The notes beneath the pieces were generated by a model that ran no database searches, was not told the DNA's origin, and saw only the letters and a list, made by a program, of their open reading frames with translations. The position numbers were made by a program, and so were the translations under genes. DNA of 64,000 bases from Armatimonadota bacterium. GTDB lineage: Bacteria; Sysuimicrobiota; Sysuimicrobiia; Sysuimicrobiales; Kaftiobacteriaceae. Position 1 is the first letter of the stretch. Each line of letters opens with the position of its first letter. Shown in pieces: positions 35,712 to 48,358 of the stretch. Where the stretch lies: the NCBI GenBank assembly GCA_037440005.1, contig JBBIUY010000004.1:32001-96000 (forward strand), written 5' to 3'.

Positions 35712-37367
35712 GTGTGGGTGGACGCCATCGTCGACGACATCCTGCGCACCCGACCGCAGGAGGCCTACGTGGTCAACGATGCCAAGAGCCCGTCGGGCCC
35801 CATCCACGTGGGGTCGCTGCGGGGCGTGATCCTGCACGACTGCATCGCCCGCGGGCTGCGGGACCGGGGGCGCGCCGTCCGCTTCCTGTACGGGTTCGAC
35901 GACTACGATCCCCTGGACGCGGTCCCCGCCGGCGCGCCGGCGGAGTTCGCCCGGTACCTGGGCCGGCCCCTGGCCGACGTCCCGTCCCCGGCCGGAGACG
36001 GCCAGAGCTTCGCCCGTCACTTCGGCCGGGCGTTTGCGGACGTGTTCACCCGCCTGGGGGCGCGGCCGGAGGTGTACTGGACCAGCGACTGGTACCGGGC
36101 CGGCACCTTCAACGACGCCATCCGCATCGCCCTGGACCGGGCCGACGAGGTCATTCAGATCGACCGGGAGATCAGCGGGAGCACCCGGGCCGAACGCCAC
36201 CCGGTGCAGGTCCTGTGCGAGCGCTGCGGCCGCATCGGCACCACCGTGGTGACCGGGTGGGACGGGCGGGAGGTGTCCTACGAGTGCCGGCCCGACAAGG
36301 TGGCCTGGGCCCAGGGGTGCGGCCACCGGGGACGGCGCTCGCCCTTCGACGGGGGCAGCAAGCTGCAGTACAAGGTGGAGTGGGCCGCCAAGTGGTGGAT
36401 CCTGCAGGTGTCGGTGGAGGGGGCGGGCAAAGACCACATGACCCGCGGAGGCAGCCACGATGTGGCCAGCGCGCTGTGCGCGCGCGTCTTCGGCTGCCGG
36501 CCGCCGTACCCCATCCCCTACGAGTGGTTCCTGGCCGGGGGCCGCAAGATGAGCACCAGCAAGGGGGTGGGGATGCCCGCCCAGGAGCTGGCGCAGATCC
36601 TGCGCCCGGAACTGGCGCGCTTTTTGATGGTGCGGCCCCACTACCGCCAGCAGATCAACTTCGACCCCGGAGGTGAGACGATCCCTCACCTCTACGACGA
36701 GTACGACCGGGCGGCGGCCGCCTACTACCGGGAGGTGACGCCCCGCACCCCGGCGGAGGCGGACCTGCTGCGCGACCACGCCCGGACCTACTATTACGCC
36801 CAGCCGGACGCCCCGCCGCCGCCGTGCTTCCGGATGCGCTTTGCCAAGATCGCGTACCTGATGCAGATGCCCACCGTGGACCTGCGGGCCGCCGCCGGGG
36901 CCGACAAGGGCGCGCCGCTGACCGACGCCGACCGGGAGGAGCTGCAGAGGCGGGTGGAGGACGCGCGGCGGTGGCTGCAGACCTACGCCCCCGACCACTA
37001 CCGTTTCCAGGTCCAGCCCGTCCTGCCGGCTGTGGACCTGGACGTGTCCCAGCGGGAGTTTCTGGGCCGTCTGGCGGAGGTGGTCGCGGGGCGGCCGGCG
37101 TGGTCGGGCGACGACCTCCACGCCCGCATCCACGCCCTCAAGCAGGAGCTGGGCCTGCCGGCCCCGCGGGCGTTTTCCGCCATCTACCTGGCATTCCTGG
37201 GCAAACCCTCCGGCCCCCAGGCCGGGTGGTTCCTGGCGTCCCTGGACCGGGAGTTCGTCCTGCGCAGGCTCCGGGAGGCGGCCGAACGTCCTTCCGGGAA
37301 GACCGAAGCGCCGGCGGCCGACCCCCCGCCCGGGCGCGCCGGAGGCTCGCCCGCTCCACCGTCATGA
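35712..37367 (+). CDS. lysS: Class I lysyl-tRNA synthetase
   Basis: SPSGPIHVGSLR, DDYD, CERCGRI, GKDH, KMSTSKG, GPQAG. Confidence 0.92.
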   Translation: MWVDAIVDDILRTRPQEAYVVNDAKSPSGPIHVGSLRGVILHDCIARGLRDRGRAVRFLYGFDDYDPLDAVPAGAPAEFARYLGRPLADVPSPAGDGQSFARHFGRAFADVFTRLGARPEVYWTSDWYRAGTFNDAIRIALDRADEVIQIDREISGSTRAERHPVQVLCERCGRIGTTVVTGWDGREVSYECRPDKVAWAQGCGHRGRRSPFDGGSKLQYKVEWAAKWWILQVSVEGAGKDHMTRGGSHDVASALCARVFGCRPPYPIPYEWFLAGGRKMSTSKGVGMPAQELAQILRPELARFLMVRPHYRQQINFDPGGETIPHLYDEYDRAAAAYYREVTPRTPAEADLLRDHARTYYYAQPDAPPPPCFRMRFAKIAYLMQMPTVDLRAAAGADKGAPLTDADREELQRRVEDARRWLQTYAPDHYRFQVQPVLPAVDLDVSQREFLGRLAEVVAGRPAWSGDDLHARIHALKQELGLPAPRAFSAIYLAFLGKPSGPQAGWFLASLDREFVLRRLREAAERPSGKTEAPAADPPPGRAGGSPAPPS

Positions 37368-38320
37368 CCGACCGGCCCGTTCACGTGCTCGTCTTCGCGC
37401 GCCTGGAGCCGCACCACCTGGCCCAGGTCCGCGCCGTCGACCCGCGGGTGCAGGTCTTCTCCGTCACCGACCGCAGCCAGGGGGTGGAGCTGGCGTCCGC
37501 CGCGGACGTGATGGTGGGGTGGGACATTCCGCGGGAGGTGGTGCAGAGGGCGGGGAGGCTGCGGTGGATTCACTCCACCGCCGCGGGGGTGGACCAGCTG
37601 CTGCACCCGGAGGTGTACGAGCGGGACATCGTGGTCACCTCCAGCAGCGGGATCCACCAGCCGCTGGTGGAGCACGTGTTCGCCTTCCTCCTGGCCCTGC
37701 ACCGCCGGCTGCACGTGGCGGTCCGGCTGCAGCTGCAGAGGCGCTGGGACCGCCGGCGCATCGTGGGCGACGAGGTGGCGGGCAAGACGCTGGGCATCCT
37801 GGGGCTGGGCACCATCGGCCGCGACATCGCATCCCGGGCGGGGGCCTTCGGGATGCGGGTGGTGGGGACCAAGCGCACGCCGGCGCCGGTCCCCGGGGTG
37901 GAACGGGTCCTGCCCCCCGAGGGCCTGCCGGAGGTCCTCCGGGAGTCGGACGCGGTGGTGGTCACCCTGCCCCTCACCCCGCAGACCCGGGGGCTGCTGG
38001 GCGAGGCGGAGTTCCGGATGATGAAGCCGTCGGCGATCTTCATCAACGTGGGCCGCGGCCCCATCGTGCAGGAGGCGGCCCTGGTGCGCGCCCTGCGGGA
38101 GGGGTGGATCGCCGCGGCGGCGCTGGACGTCTTCGAGCACGAGCCCCTGCCGGCCGACAGCCCCCTGTACGACCTGGAGAACGTCATCCTCACCCCCCAC
38201 GTGTCGGGGACGTCCCCCCGGTACCTGGACAGGGCGGTGCCCCTGTTCTGCGAGAACCTCCGCCGCTTTCTGGCGGGACAGCCGCTGCTGAACCTGGTAG
38301 ATAAGGAGCGGGGCTACTGA
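37364..38320 (+). CDS. D-2-hydroxyacid dehydrogenase
   Basis: GLGTIG, LPLTPQT, INVGRG, LDVFEHEP, TPH. Confidence 0.92.
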   Translation: MTDRPVHVLVFARLEPHHLAQVRAVDPRVQVFSVTDRSQGVELASAADVMVGWDIPREVVQRAGRLRWIHSTAAGVDQLLHPEVYERDIVVTSSSGIHQPLVEHVFAFLLALHRRLHVAVRLQLQRRWDRRRIVGDEVAGKTLGILGLGTIGRDIASRAGAFGMRVVGTKRTPAPVPGVERVLPPEGLPEVLRESDAVVVTLPLTPQTRGLLGEAEFRMMKPSAIFINVGRGPIVQEAALVRALREGWIAAAALDVFEHEPLPADSPLYDLENVILTPHVSGTSPRYLDRAVPLFCENLRRFLAGQPLLNLVDKERGY

Positions 38321-38419
38321 AGGGCGAATGATCCTCCGGGGGTACCCCGGCGTCCGGGTCCGCGCGGTCCCGACGGACCGGAGAGGGGCGCCCGCAGGGA
38401 TGGCGAGGAGGGGTGGCGC

Positions 38420-40504
38420 GTGAAGCCGTATCCGCCGGACCGCATCCGCAACGTGGCCGTGGTCGGCCACGGGGGCACCGGCAAGACGTCGCTGGTGGAG
38501 GCCATGCTGTACGTGGCCCGGGCCATTGACCGGCTGGGCCGGGTGGACGACGGCACCGCCACCACCGACTTCGATCCCGACGAGCAGCGCCGTCGTCACA
38601 CCATCAGCGCGGCCCTGGCTCCCCTGGAGTGGCAGCAGTGCAAGGTCAACCTCATCGACGCCCCCGGGTACCCGGACTTCGTGGGCGAGGTGGTGGCGTC
38701 GCTGCGGGTGGCCGACGGCGCCCTGGTGGTGGTGGACGCGGTGGCCGGCGTGCAGGTCCAGACCGAGGTGGCCTGGCTGCACGCCGACCGCGCCGGCGTC
38801 AGCCGGCTGGTGGTGGTCAACCGGCTGGACCGGGAAAACGCCAGCTTCGACCGGACCCTGGAGTCCCTGCGCCGGCGCTTCGGGTCCCGGGTGGCGCCGG
38901 TGCAGATCCCCATCGGCGTCGAGAGCGCTCTGTCCGGCGTGGTGGACCTGGTGGAGATGAAAGCCTACACCTTTGCCAACGGGTCCGTGACCGCCGGGGA
39001 GGTCCCCGCCGAGCTGGCCGACGCCGCCCGGGCGGCCCGGGAGACGCTGATGGAGGCCGCCGCCGACGCCGACGACACCCTGATGGAACGCTACCTGGAG
39101 GCCGGCGAGCTGACCCAGGCCGAGCTAGTGCGGGGCCTGCACGCGGGCGTCCGGGCCGGGCGGATCATCCCGGTCCTGTGCGCGGCCGGGACGAAACTGG
39201 TGGGCGTGCAGACGCTGCTGGACGCGGTGGTGTCGCTGCTGCCGGCCCCCACCGAGCGGGAGGTGGTCGCCACCGACCCGCGGACCCAGCAGCCGGTGCG
39301 CCTGGCCGTCGCCGCCGACGCCCCGCTGGCGGCCCTGGTCTTCAAGACGGTGGCGGACCCCTACGTGGGCCGGCTCTCCTACTTCCGGGTGTACGCGGGG
39401 GTGCTGCGGTCCGACTCCCAGGTCTACAACGCCACCCGCGGCAGACCCGAGCGGGTGGGCCAGGTGTACTTTTTGCGGGGCAAGCAGCAGGAGTCCGCTG
39501 GCGAGGTGGGGCCGGGCGACCTGGGGGCGGTGGCCAAGCTGGCCGAGACGGCCACCGGCGACACCCTGTGCGGGCGCGACCACCCGGTGCTGCTGCCGCC
39601 CATCGAGTTCCCCGAGCCGGCCATCGCCATGGCGGTGGAACCCAAGAGCAAGGGCGACGAGGACAAGCTGGGCACCGCGCTGCAGCGGCTGGCCGAGGAG
39701 GACCCCACGGTGCGGGTGCACCGGGACAGCGAGATGAAGCAGACGCTGCTCTCGGGCATGGGCGAGTCGCACCTGGAGATCCTCGCCGACCGCCTGCGCC
39801 GCAAGTTCGGGGTGGACGTGACCCTGCGACTGCCCCGGGTGCCCTACCGGGAGACGATCCGCGGCCGCGGCCGGGCCCAGGGGCGGTACGTGAAGCAGAC
39901 CGGAGGCCGGGGCCAGTACGGGGTGTGCTTCGTGGAGATCGAGCCGCTGCCCCGCGGGAGCGGGTTTGAGTTCGTGGACAAGATCTTCGGCGGCGCCATC
40001 CCCAACCAGTTCATCCCTTCGGTGGAGAAGGGCGTGCGCAAGGCCCTGGAGGAAGGCGTCCTGGCCGGCTATCCCGTGGTGGACGTGCGGGTGACCCTGG
40101 TGGACGGCAAGTACCACGAAGTGGACAGTTCCGACATCGCCTTCCAGATTGCCGGATCGCTGGCGGTCAAAGACGCCGCCACCCAGGCGGGCCTGGTCCT
40201 GCTGGAGCCCATCGTGACCCTGGAGGTGCGGGTGCCCGAAGAGCAGATGGGGGACGTGATCGGCGACCTCAACGCCAAGCGGGGGCGCATTCTGGGCATG
40301 GAGCCCCAGGGCGACGGCACCACCGTGGTGCGGGCCCAGGTGCCCCAGGCCGAAGTCCTGCGCTACGCCTCGGACCTGCGCTCCATGACCGGCGGGCGCG
40401 GGACGTTCACCATGACCTTCTCCCACTACGAGGAGGTGCCGCCGCAGGTGGCCGAGCGGGTGATCGCCGAGGCCAGACAGCAGCGGGCGGAGACGGCGCG
40501 CTAG
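38420..40504 (+). CDS. fusA: Elongation factor G paralog (EF-G2-like)
   Basis: GHGGTGKT, DAPG, NRLD, GMGESHL, KQTGGRGQYG, LRSMTGGRG. Confidence 0.92.
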   Translation: MKPYPPDRIRNVAVVGHGGTGKTSLVEAMLYVARAIDRLGRVDDGTATTDFDPDEQRRRHTISAALAPLEWQQCKVNLIDAPGYPDFVGEVVASLRVADGALVVVDAVAGVQVQTEVAWLHADRAGVSRLVVVNRLDRENASFDRTLESLRRRFGSRVAPVQIPIGVESALSGVVDLVEMKAYTFANGSVTAGEVPAELADAARAARETLMEAAADADDTLMERYLEAGELTQAELVRGLHAGVRAGRIIPVLCAAGTKLVGVQTLLDAVVSLLPAPTEREVVATDPRTQQPVRLAVAADAPLAALVFKTVADPYVGRLSYFRVYAGVLRSDSQVYNATRGRPERVGQVYFLRGKQQESAGEVGPGDLGAVAKLAETATGDTLCGRDHPVLLPPIEFPEPAIAMAVEPKSKGDEDKLGTALQRLAEEDPTVRVHRDSEMKQTLLSGMGESHLEILADRLRRKFGVDVTLRLPRVPYRETIRGRGRAQGRYVKQTGGRGQYGVCFVEIEPLPRGSGFEFVDKIFGGAIPNQFIPSVEKGVRKALEEGVLAGYPVVDVRVTLVDGKYHEVDSSDIAFQIAGSLAVKDAATQAGLVLLEPIVTLEVRVPEEQMGDVIGDLNAKRGRILGMEPQGDGTTVVRAQVPQAEVLRYASDLRSMTGGRGTFTMTFSHYEEVPPQVAERVIAEARQQRAETAR

Positions 40505-40696
40505 ACGACGGGGGCGGGCGGACCGCCGGGGCGGTGTCCGTCACCGATGCCCGGCGGGAACGGGTCAGGACGCGCCGACGTTCGGCAGGAAGGGGCCCAG
40601 GCGGCGCGGAATCGTCTGCACAGGCGTGCACCGGGTGGAGGGCCTTGTCTCCTCTGAGAGAGGCCCTTTTGCATTGTTGCGCCGGTGCGGGGGCTC

Positions 40697-42502
40697 ATGC
40701 GAGGATTCCTGTCTGCCGATATACGGGACGAGATCCGCCGGCGGGTGGACCTGGTGGAACTGGCCAGCGCCCACGTGGCGTTGAAGAAGGCGGGGCGCCA
40801 CTACAAGGGGCTGTGTCCGTTTCACCAGGAGAAGACCCCGTCCTTCCACGTGGACCGGGAGCGGGGCCTATGGCACTGCTTCGGGTGCTCCCGGGGAGGA
40901 GATGTCTTCGACTTCGTGATGGAGATCGGCCACCTCTCGTTCGCCGAGGCGGTGGACACCCTGGCCCGCCGCGCCGGGATCCGCCTGGAGCGCACGCCCG
41001 AGGAGCGCCGCCAGGCCACCGAGCGCGACCGGCTGTTCCGGGCCCTGGAGGCGGCCGCGGCGTTTTTCACCGAGCAGCTGCGCCATCCGGTGCGCGGCCG
41101 GGCGGCCCGGGAGTACCTGGGGCGCCGGGGGGTGGACGACGCCACCGCCGACCGGTTCCGGCTGGGCTACGCGCCGCCCGAGTGGGACGGGCTGCTGCGG
41201 GCGTTGGGCGGCCGCGGCTTCGACGCGGCCCTGCTGGCCGCGGGCGGCCTGGTGGTGCCCCGGGAGCGGGGAGAGGGCTACTTCGACATGTTCCGCCACC
41301 GGCTCATCTTCCCGATCCTGGACCTGCAGGACCGGCCGGTGGCCTTCGGGGGGAGGGCGCTGGACGACGCCCAGCCCAAGTACCTGAACTCCCGGGAGAC
41401 CGCCGTGTTCAGCAAGGGGCGGACGCTGTACGCGCTGAACTGGGCGCGGGAGGAGATCCGCCGCCGGGACGAGGTTCTGGTGGTGGAGGGCAACATGGAC
41501 GCCCTGACCTGCCACCAGTTCGGCTTCCGGCACACCGTGGCCACCCTGGGCACGGCCCTCACCGCCGACCAGGTGGCGCTGATCCGCCGCTTCGCCGCCC
41601 GCGCGGTGCTGGTCTACGACGCCGACGCGGCCGGCCAGGCGGCCATGGAGCGCGCCCACAGCCTGTGTGAGGAGGCCGACCTGCCGGTGCGGGTGGTGGT
41701 CCTGCCGTCCGGCGATCCCGACGAGTTCCTGCGCACGGCCGGACCGGAGAAGTTCGCCGCCCTGCTGGAGCAGGCGGTGCCCCTGTTCGACTACCAGGTG
41801 GCGCAGGCGGCGTCCCGCCACGACCCGCGGACCGTCGAGGGGCGGGTGCGGCTGGTGGACGACCTGCTGCCCTCCCTGGCCGCCGTGACCAACCCGGTCC
41901 GCCAGGCGGAGTACATCCGCAGCCTGGCCCAGCGGTTCGAGCTGGCCGAGGACGCCATCCGCCAGCGGCTGCGGGCCCGCCGCCGGAGCGCGGCGCCGGC
42001 GGAGGTCCTGGAAGGACCTCCGCCCGAGCGGGCGCGCTTCCAGGCCGAACGGCTGCTGGTGCACCTGATGGTGCACGACCCGCAGGTGCGGGAGCAGGTG
42101 GCCGCCGCGCTGGGACCCGCCGACTTCCAGGACCCCCGCCACCGGGCCCTGGCGGCGGTCCTACTGGCCGCCGGCGAGGCCGCTCCCGAGGCGCTGGTGG
42201 ACCGGGTGGACGAGGGGGACGCCCAGCGGCTGCTGGTGCAGCTGGTGTTCGAGCACCCGCCGGTGGTGGAGCGGGAGGCTCCCCGGGTGGTCCGGGACGC
42301 CATCGACTACATCGTCCGCCGGGAGCCGGCCGCCCGGGCGCGCCAGGAACTGGCCCGCAGGATCCAGCAGGCCCAGGCCGCCGGCGACGTGGAGCAGGTC
42401 AGGCGACTGCAGCTGGAGTATGTTAAACTAGTTAGTCCGTCTCCGGCCGGTCCTCCCGCCGGGGACGAGACGGCGGGGAGGCCTCTCCCGGAAAGGGGGT
42501 GA
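40697..42502 (+). CDS. dnaG: DNA primase
   Basis: [11 protein letters not shown]...CFGC, FGGR, KYLNS, EGNMD, YDADAAG, DPD. Confidence 0.96.
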   Translation: MRGFLSADIRDEIRRRVDLVELASAHVALKKAGRHYKGLCPFHQEKTPSFHVDRERGLWHCFGCSRGGDVFDFVMEIGHLSFAEAVDTLARRAGIRLERTPEERRQATERDRLFRALEAAAAFFTEQLRHPVRGRAAREYLGRRGVDDATADRFRLGYAPPEWDGLLRALGGRGFDAALLAAGGLVVPRERGEGYFDMFRHRLIFPILDLQDRPVAFGGRALDDAQPKYLNSRETAVFSKGRTLYALNWAREEIRRRDEVLVVEGNMDALTCHQFGFRHTVATLGTALTADQVALIRRFAARAVLVYDADAAGQAAMERAHSLCEEADLPVRVVVLPSGDPDEFLRTAGPEKFAALLEQAVPLFDYQVAQAASRHDPRTVEGRVRLVDDLLPSLAAVTNPVRQAEYIRSLAQRFELAEDAIRQRLRARRRSAAPAEVLEGPPPERARFQAERLLVHLMVHDPQVREQVAAALGPADFQDPRHRALAAVLLAAGEAAPEALVDRVDEGDAQRLLVQLVFEHPPVVEREAPRVVRDAIDYIVRREPAARARQELARRIQQAQAAGDVEQVRRLQLEYVKLVSPSPAGPPAGDETAGRPLPERG

Positions 42503-42507
42503 GGGAC

Positions 42508-44976
<2,469 letters not shown>

Positions 44977-45054
44977 GGCCTTCTGCCTCTCTGGCCATTT
45001 GAGGGCAGTGTCCTGCACCAGATCGGACAGGCGCATCCGGGAAAAGCGAGGACA

Positions 45055-45320
45055 CTTCCCCCTCGCCGCGGAGGAAGAGGGCTGAGGGTGGTCATCTTCC
45101 CCCGCAGAGAAGGGGCCGCCGGTCTTCATCGTCCCGCTCTCGGAGAGGGGAGGGCGAGGAGGGGTCAGCCTTGCCGCTCGAGGGGAGAGGGCGAAGAGGG
45201 TCGTCTTCCCCCGCCTGAGGTGAGGGTGGAAGGTCGTCGTCTTCTCCCTCCTGGAGACAGGACTGGGCATAATGACCTTCCCTCTCCCCCCGTGTGGGGA
45301 GAGGGTGCGGGTGAGGGGGT
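45055..45320. repeat. Degenerate cluster of CCCTCTCCC/GGGAGAGGG/GGTGAGGG palindromic elements
   Basis: Best copy ccctctcccccgtgtggggagagggtgcgggtgagggg at ~45279-45318; several decayed copies upstream. Confidence 0.6.
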
Positions 45321-45377
45321 GCAGGTCAGCCCAGCCGGGTCAGTGCCGCATGCGCGCGGCGGTGCTACCGTCGGGCC

Positions 45378-46085
45378 GTGGTCCTGCTCCGCGGCCTGCT
45401 GGACCTCCTGTTCCCGCCGGCGTGCGCCGTGTGCCGGGAGGCGGGCCACTACCCTCTGTGCCCCCGCTGTCGTAGTGCGTTCCGGCTGATCCGCCCGCCC
45501 GTTTGCCAGCGCTGCGGCCGCCCCCTGCGGGGGCCGCCCGACCTGATCTTCACGTGCGTCCCCTGCCGCCGCCGGCGGACGTCCTTCGTCTGTGCCCGGG
45601 CGGCGGGGATCTACGACGGCGCCCTGCGGGAGGCGGTCCACGCCCTGAAATTCGGGGGCTGCCGGGCGATGGCGCGTCCGCTGGGGGAGATGGTGGCGGA
45701 GGTGGTGGCCTCCGACGCGCGGATGCGGGCCGACGTGGTAGTCCCCGTGCCCCTGCACCGCCGGCGCCTGCGGGAGAGAGGGTTCAACCAGGCGGAGCTG
45801 CTGGCCGACGAGGTCGCGCGCCGGCTGGGCCTTCCCAGCCGGCCGGGGGCATTGGAGCGCGTCCGCGAGACCCCCGCCCAGGTGGGCCTGGGCAAAGAGG
45901 ACCGGCGGGTGAACGTGCGGGGGGCGTTCGTCGCCCGTGACGGGGTGGCGGGTGCCCGGGTCCTGCTGGTGGACGACGTGCTGTCCACGGGGTCCACTGC
46001 GGTGGAGTGCGCGCGGGCCCTGCGGACGGCCGGAGCGGCGGCCGTCACGGTCGCCGCGGTGGCGATGGCGGTGCTGGATTTCTGA
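45378..46085 (+). CDS. comF: ComF-family amidophosphoribosyltransferase-like protein
   Basis: LFPPACAVC, double zinc ribbon, PVPLH, ERGFNQ, LVDDVLSTGST. Confidence 0.92.
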   Translation: MVLLRGLLDLLFPPACAVCREAGHYPLCPRCRSAFRLIRPPVCQRCGRPLRGPPDLIFTCVPCRRRRTSFVCARAAGIYDGALREAVHALKFGGCRAMARPLGEMVAEVVASDARMRADVVVPVPLHRRRLRERGFNQAELLADEVARRLGLPSRPGALERVRETPAQVGLGKEDRRVNVRGAFVARDGVAGARVLLVDDVLSTGSTAVECARALRTAGAAAVTVAAVAMAVLDF

Positions 46086-46287
46086 CGCCGGTCTTAGAGT
46101 CTGTTCGGTCGCCCGTTCGTGCGACTGGCAGGCCGGGAGCCGGTGCGGTGGAATCCGTGACGGACCGCCCCCGTGCGCGCGGTGCGTACCAGCGGTGCCA
46201 GGCACCAGGGGAGAGGGCCTGGGTCGGCGTGTCCTGCGGCGGGGCCGGCTGATTTCTCAACCGGCCCCGCCGCGAAGTCGGCGCTGA

Positions 46288-48108
46288 TCAGCGCAGGGTG
46301 AACCCGGCTCCGTAGATGTTCTGGTTCAGGCCTCCGGCGTTGGGACAGGTGTCGGGTCCCCAGGTGCCGTCGGGCCGCTGCTGGCGGCACTGCCGGACGT
46401 CGAAGCCGTCCTGCAGGCTCTCCCGCGGGTCGTCGCCGGGGACCACGTCGCGGTTGTCCGTCCACACGCCGAAGACCACCCCGCCCGAAGCGTCCACCCA
46501 CAGGTAGTCGCCGTGGAAGGGCACGTCACGGTTCCCGAACATCTCGTACTCGGGCTGGTGGCCCACAGAACTCACCTTGCGGACCGTCCAGCTCAGGCCG
46601 GCCGTAAAAGGCGGTGAGGTCGCCAGGAAGGTGTTGAGGACGTTGCAGCGGCTCGGCGCCGGGACGCCGCACGTGCTGGTCCCGTCATCCCTGTTGCCCG
46701 GAGGCCGCGTGGGGTCGTAGAAAGCATCGTCCCGCGAGTCGTAGTAGATCAGCGCCAGGGTGTCGGTGCTCCTGTCATAGGCTAGGTTCGGCCACCACTG
46801 GTGGCCGGAGGGCTGGGGGTCCGCGGGGCCCAGGACGGTCCAGGACTGTCCGCCGTTGGCGGACACAGCCAGAACCACCTGGCTCTGGCCGTCGGGCCGG
46901 TAGGTGTCGGAGTCCACGTCCTCGCTCGCCACCTGCTCCCAGGTGACGTAGACGGTCCCGTGCCTGTCCACGACCGCCTGGGGCAGCGCCGCCGCCCGGT
47001 GGAACACGAAGTTCGACCGACAGTGGAACGGGCCGTCCCCGCAGTCCCGGGCGAAGCTGCCGTCGTCGTAGGCGTCCCGGCGGTCATAGGGCACGGGCAC
47101 CACCGCCACCACGGCGGGGTCAGTGAACGTCTGGCCGCCGTCGGTGGACTTGACGAACATGATGGCGTCCACCACGCCCGGCTTGAGGAACGAGAACTGC
47201 CGCCACACCACGTACACCGTCCCGTCGGGGGCCACGGCGATGTCGCTGCCCTGGGCGTTGGCGATGTCCTTGGAGATCTTGATGGGTTTGCTGAAGGTGG
47301 CCCCGTGGTCGGTGGAACGGGAGAACAGGATCTGGTCCTGGCCGGCGCCCGGGAACAGGGTCCAGGCCACGTACACGTTGCCGCGGAACGGGCTTCCCTC
47401 CCAGGTGTCGACCTTCAGGGACGGCTTGTCGTTGAACCGGCCGAAGAAGAAGGCGCTGGGCGTGCCGACCCCCACGATGACCGTGCGCAGGTAGTCCAGT
47501 CCCAGCGGAGACCGCGGGTCGTGCCGCCAGGTGGAGACGATCACGTGGCCGTTGGTGGGGGTGATGAACCCGCTCTCGTTGGGGCTGGTGCGGTTGAAGG
47601 CGATGCCTCCGTAGAACAGGTGGCCCTCGGTGTCCCAGTCCATGATGGGGTCGCCGGCGGCGAAGTCCTCCCCGAAGATCGGCGAGGCGCGTCCTTCGGC
47701 GCTGGTGTCCGCGGGGTAGCCCGGATTGAGGGAGTTGACCCACGTCTTGCCCCCGTCCTGGGAGATGTACAGGCCCATCCAGGCGTCGCCCCAGGTGGCC
47801 ACGCCGCAGTAGTCGTTGGCCCCGGCGGCGATCACCTTCGGATTGAGCGGGTTGATGGCCACCGCGGGCTCGTTCTGCTGCCGGTTGCCCCCGCCGGTGG
47901 GGGAGCGGTCGTCGCTGCAGCGGCGGATGCCCTCATCGCTGCCGCCGTCGTGGCGGACGTACGGCCGGTCGGAGACTTTGACGTCTCCAGCCCGCTGGGC
48001 GAATCCGGGTGGCGGCGACAGCGCAGCCGCGAGGCCGACGATGATGGCCGCCGCGGCTGCCGGCCTGATGGCCCGACAGATCCTGCGTACCTGCCGTATA
48101 GGGTCCAC
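46288..48108 (-). CDS. Secreted Asp-box (BNR/sialidase-like) beta-propeller protein
   Basis: RBS ggaggt, signal peptide, SQDGGKTW, STDHGATFS, STDGGQTFT, SANGGQSW. Confidence 0.8.
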   Translation of the reverse strand: MDPIRQVRRICRAIRPAAAAAIIVGLAAALSPPPGFAQRAGDVKVSDRPYVRHDGGSDEGIRRCSDDRSPTGGGNRQQNEPAVAINPLNPKVIAAGANDYCGVATWGDAWMGLYISQDGGKTWVNSLNPGYPADTSAEGRASPIFGEDFAAGDPIMDWDTEGHLFYGGIAFNRTSPNESGFITPTNGHVIVSTWRHDPRSPLGLDYLRTVIVGVGTPSAFFFGRFNDKPSLKVDTWEGSPFRGNVYVAWTLFPGAGQDQILFSRSTDHGATFSKPIKISKDIANAQGSDIAVAPDGTVYVVWRQFSFLKPGVVDAIMFVKSTDGGQTFTDPAVVAVVPVPYDRRDAYDDGSFARDCGDGPFHCRSNFVFHRAAALPQAVVDRHGTVYVTWEQVASEDVDSDTYRPDGQSQVVLAVSANGGQSWTVLGPADPQPSGHQWWPNLAYDRSTDTLALIYYDSRDDAFYDPTRPPGNRDDGTSTCGVPAPSRCNVLNTFLATSPPFTAGLSWTVRKVSSVGHQPEYEMFGNRDVPFHGDYLWVDASGGVVFGVWTDNRDVVPGDDPRESLQDGFDVRQCRQQRPDGTWGPDTCPNAGGLNQNIYGAGFTLR

Positions 48109-48358
48109 AATATCACCTCCCTGCGGACGTGGGTGCGGCGGGTGGGAAGACGAAAGGGCGAAATTGCGCGACGGAAACCTTTCGAGGACACATTCTGCCA
48201 GGGGTACCTGCTTCCTCCTGGGGGTAGTCGGGGACGGCACGGCTGGTCCCCGGTCTTCGTCCCGGAGGAGCGAGTCGCCGGCTGCGGACCCATACCTGCG
48301 CATAAGTGAGGAGGCCCCGGCACGCCGGGGCCTCCGGGAGCGAACAGAGACTGACCGT

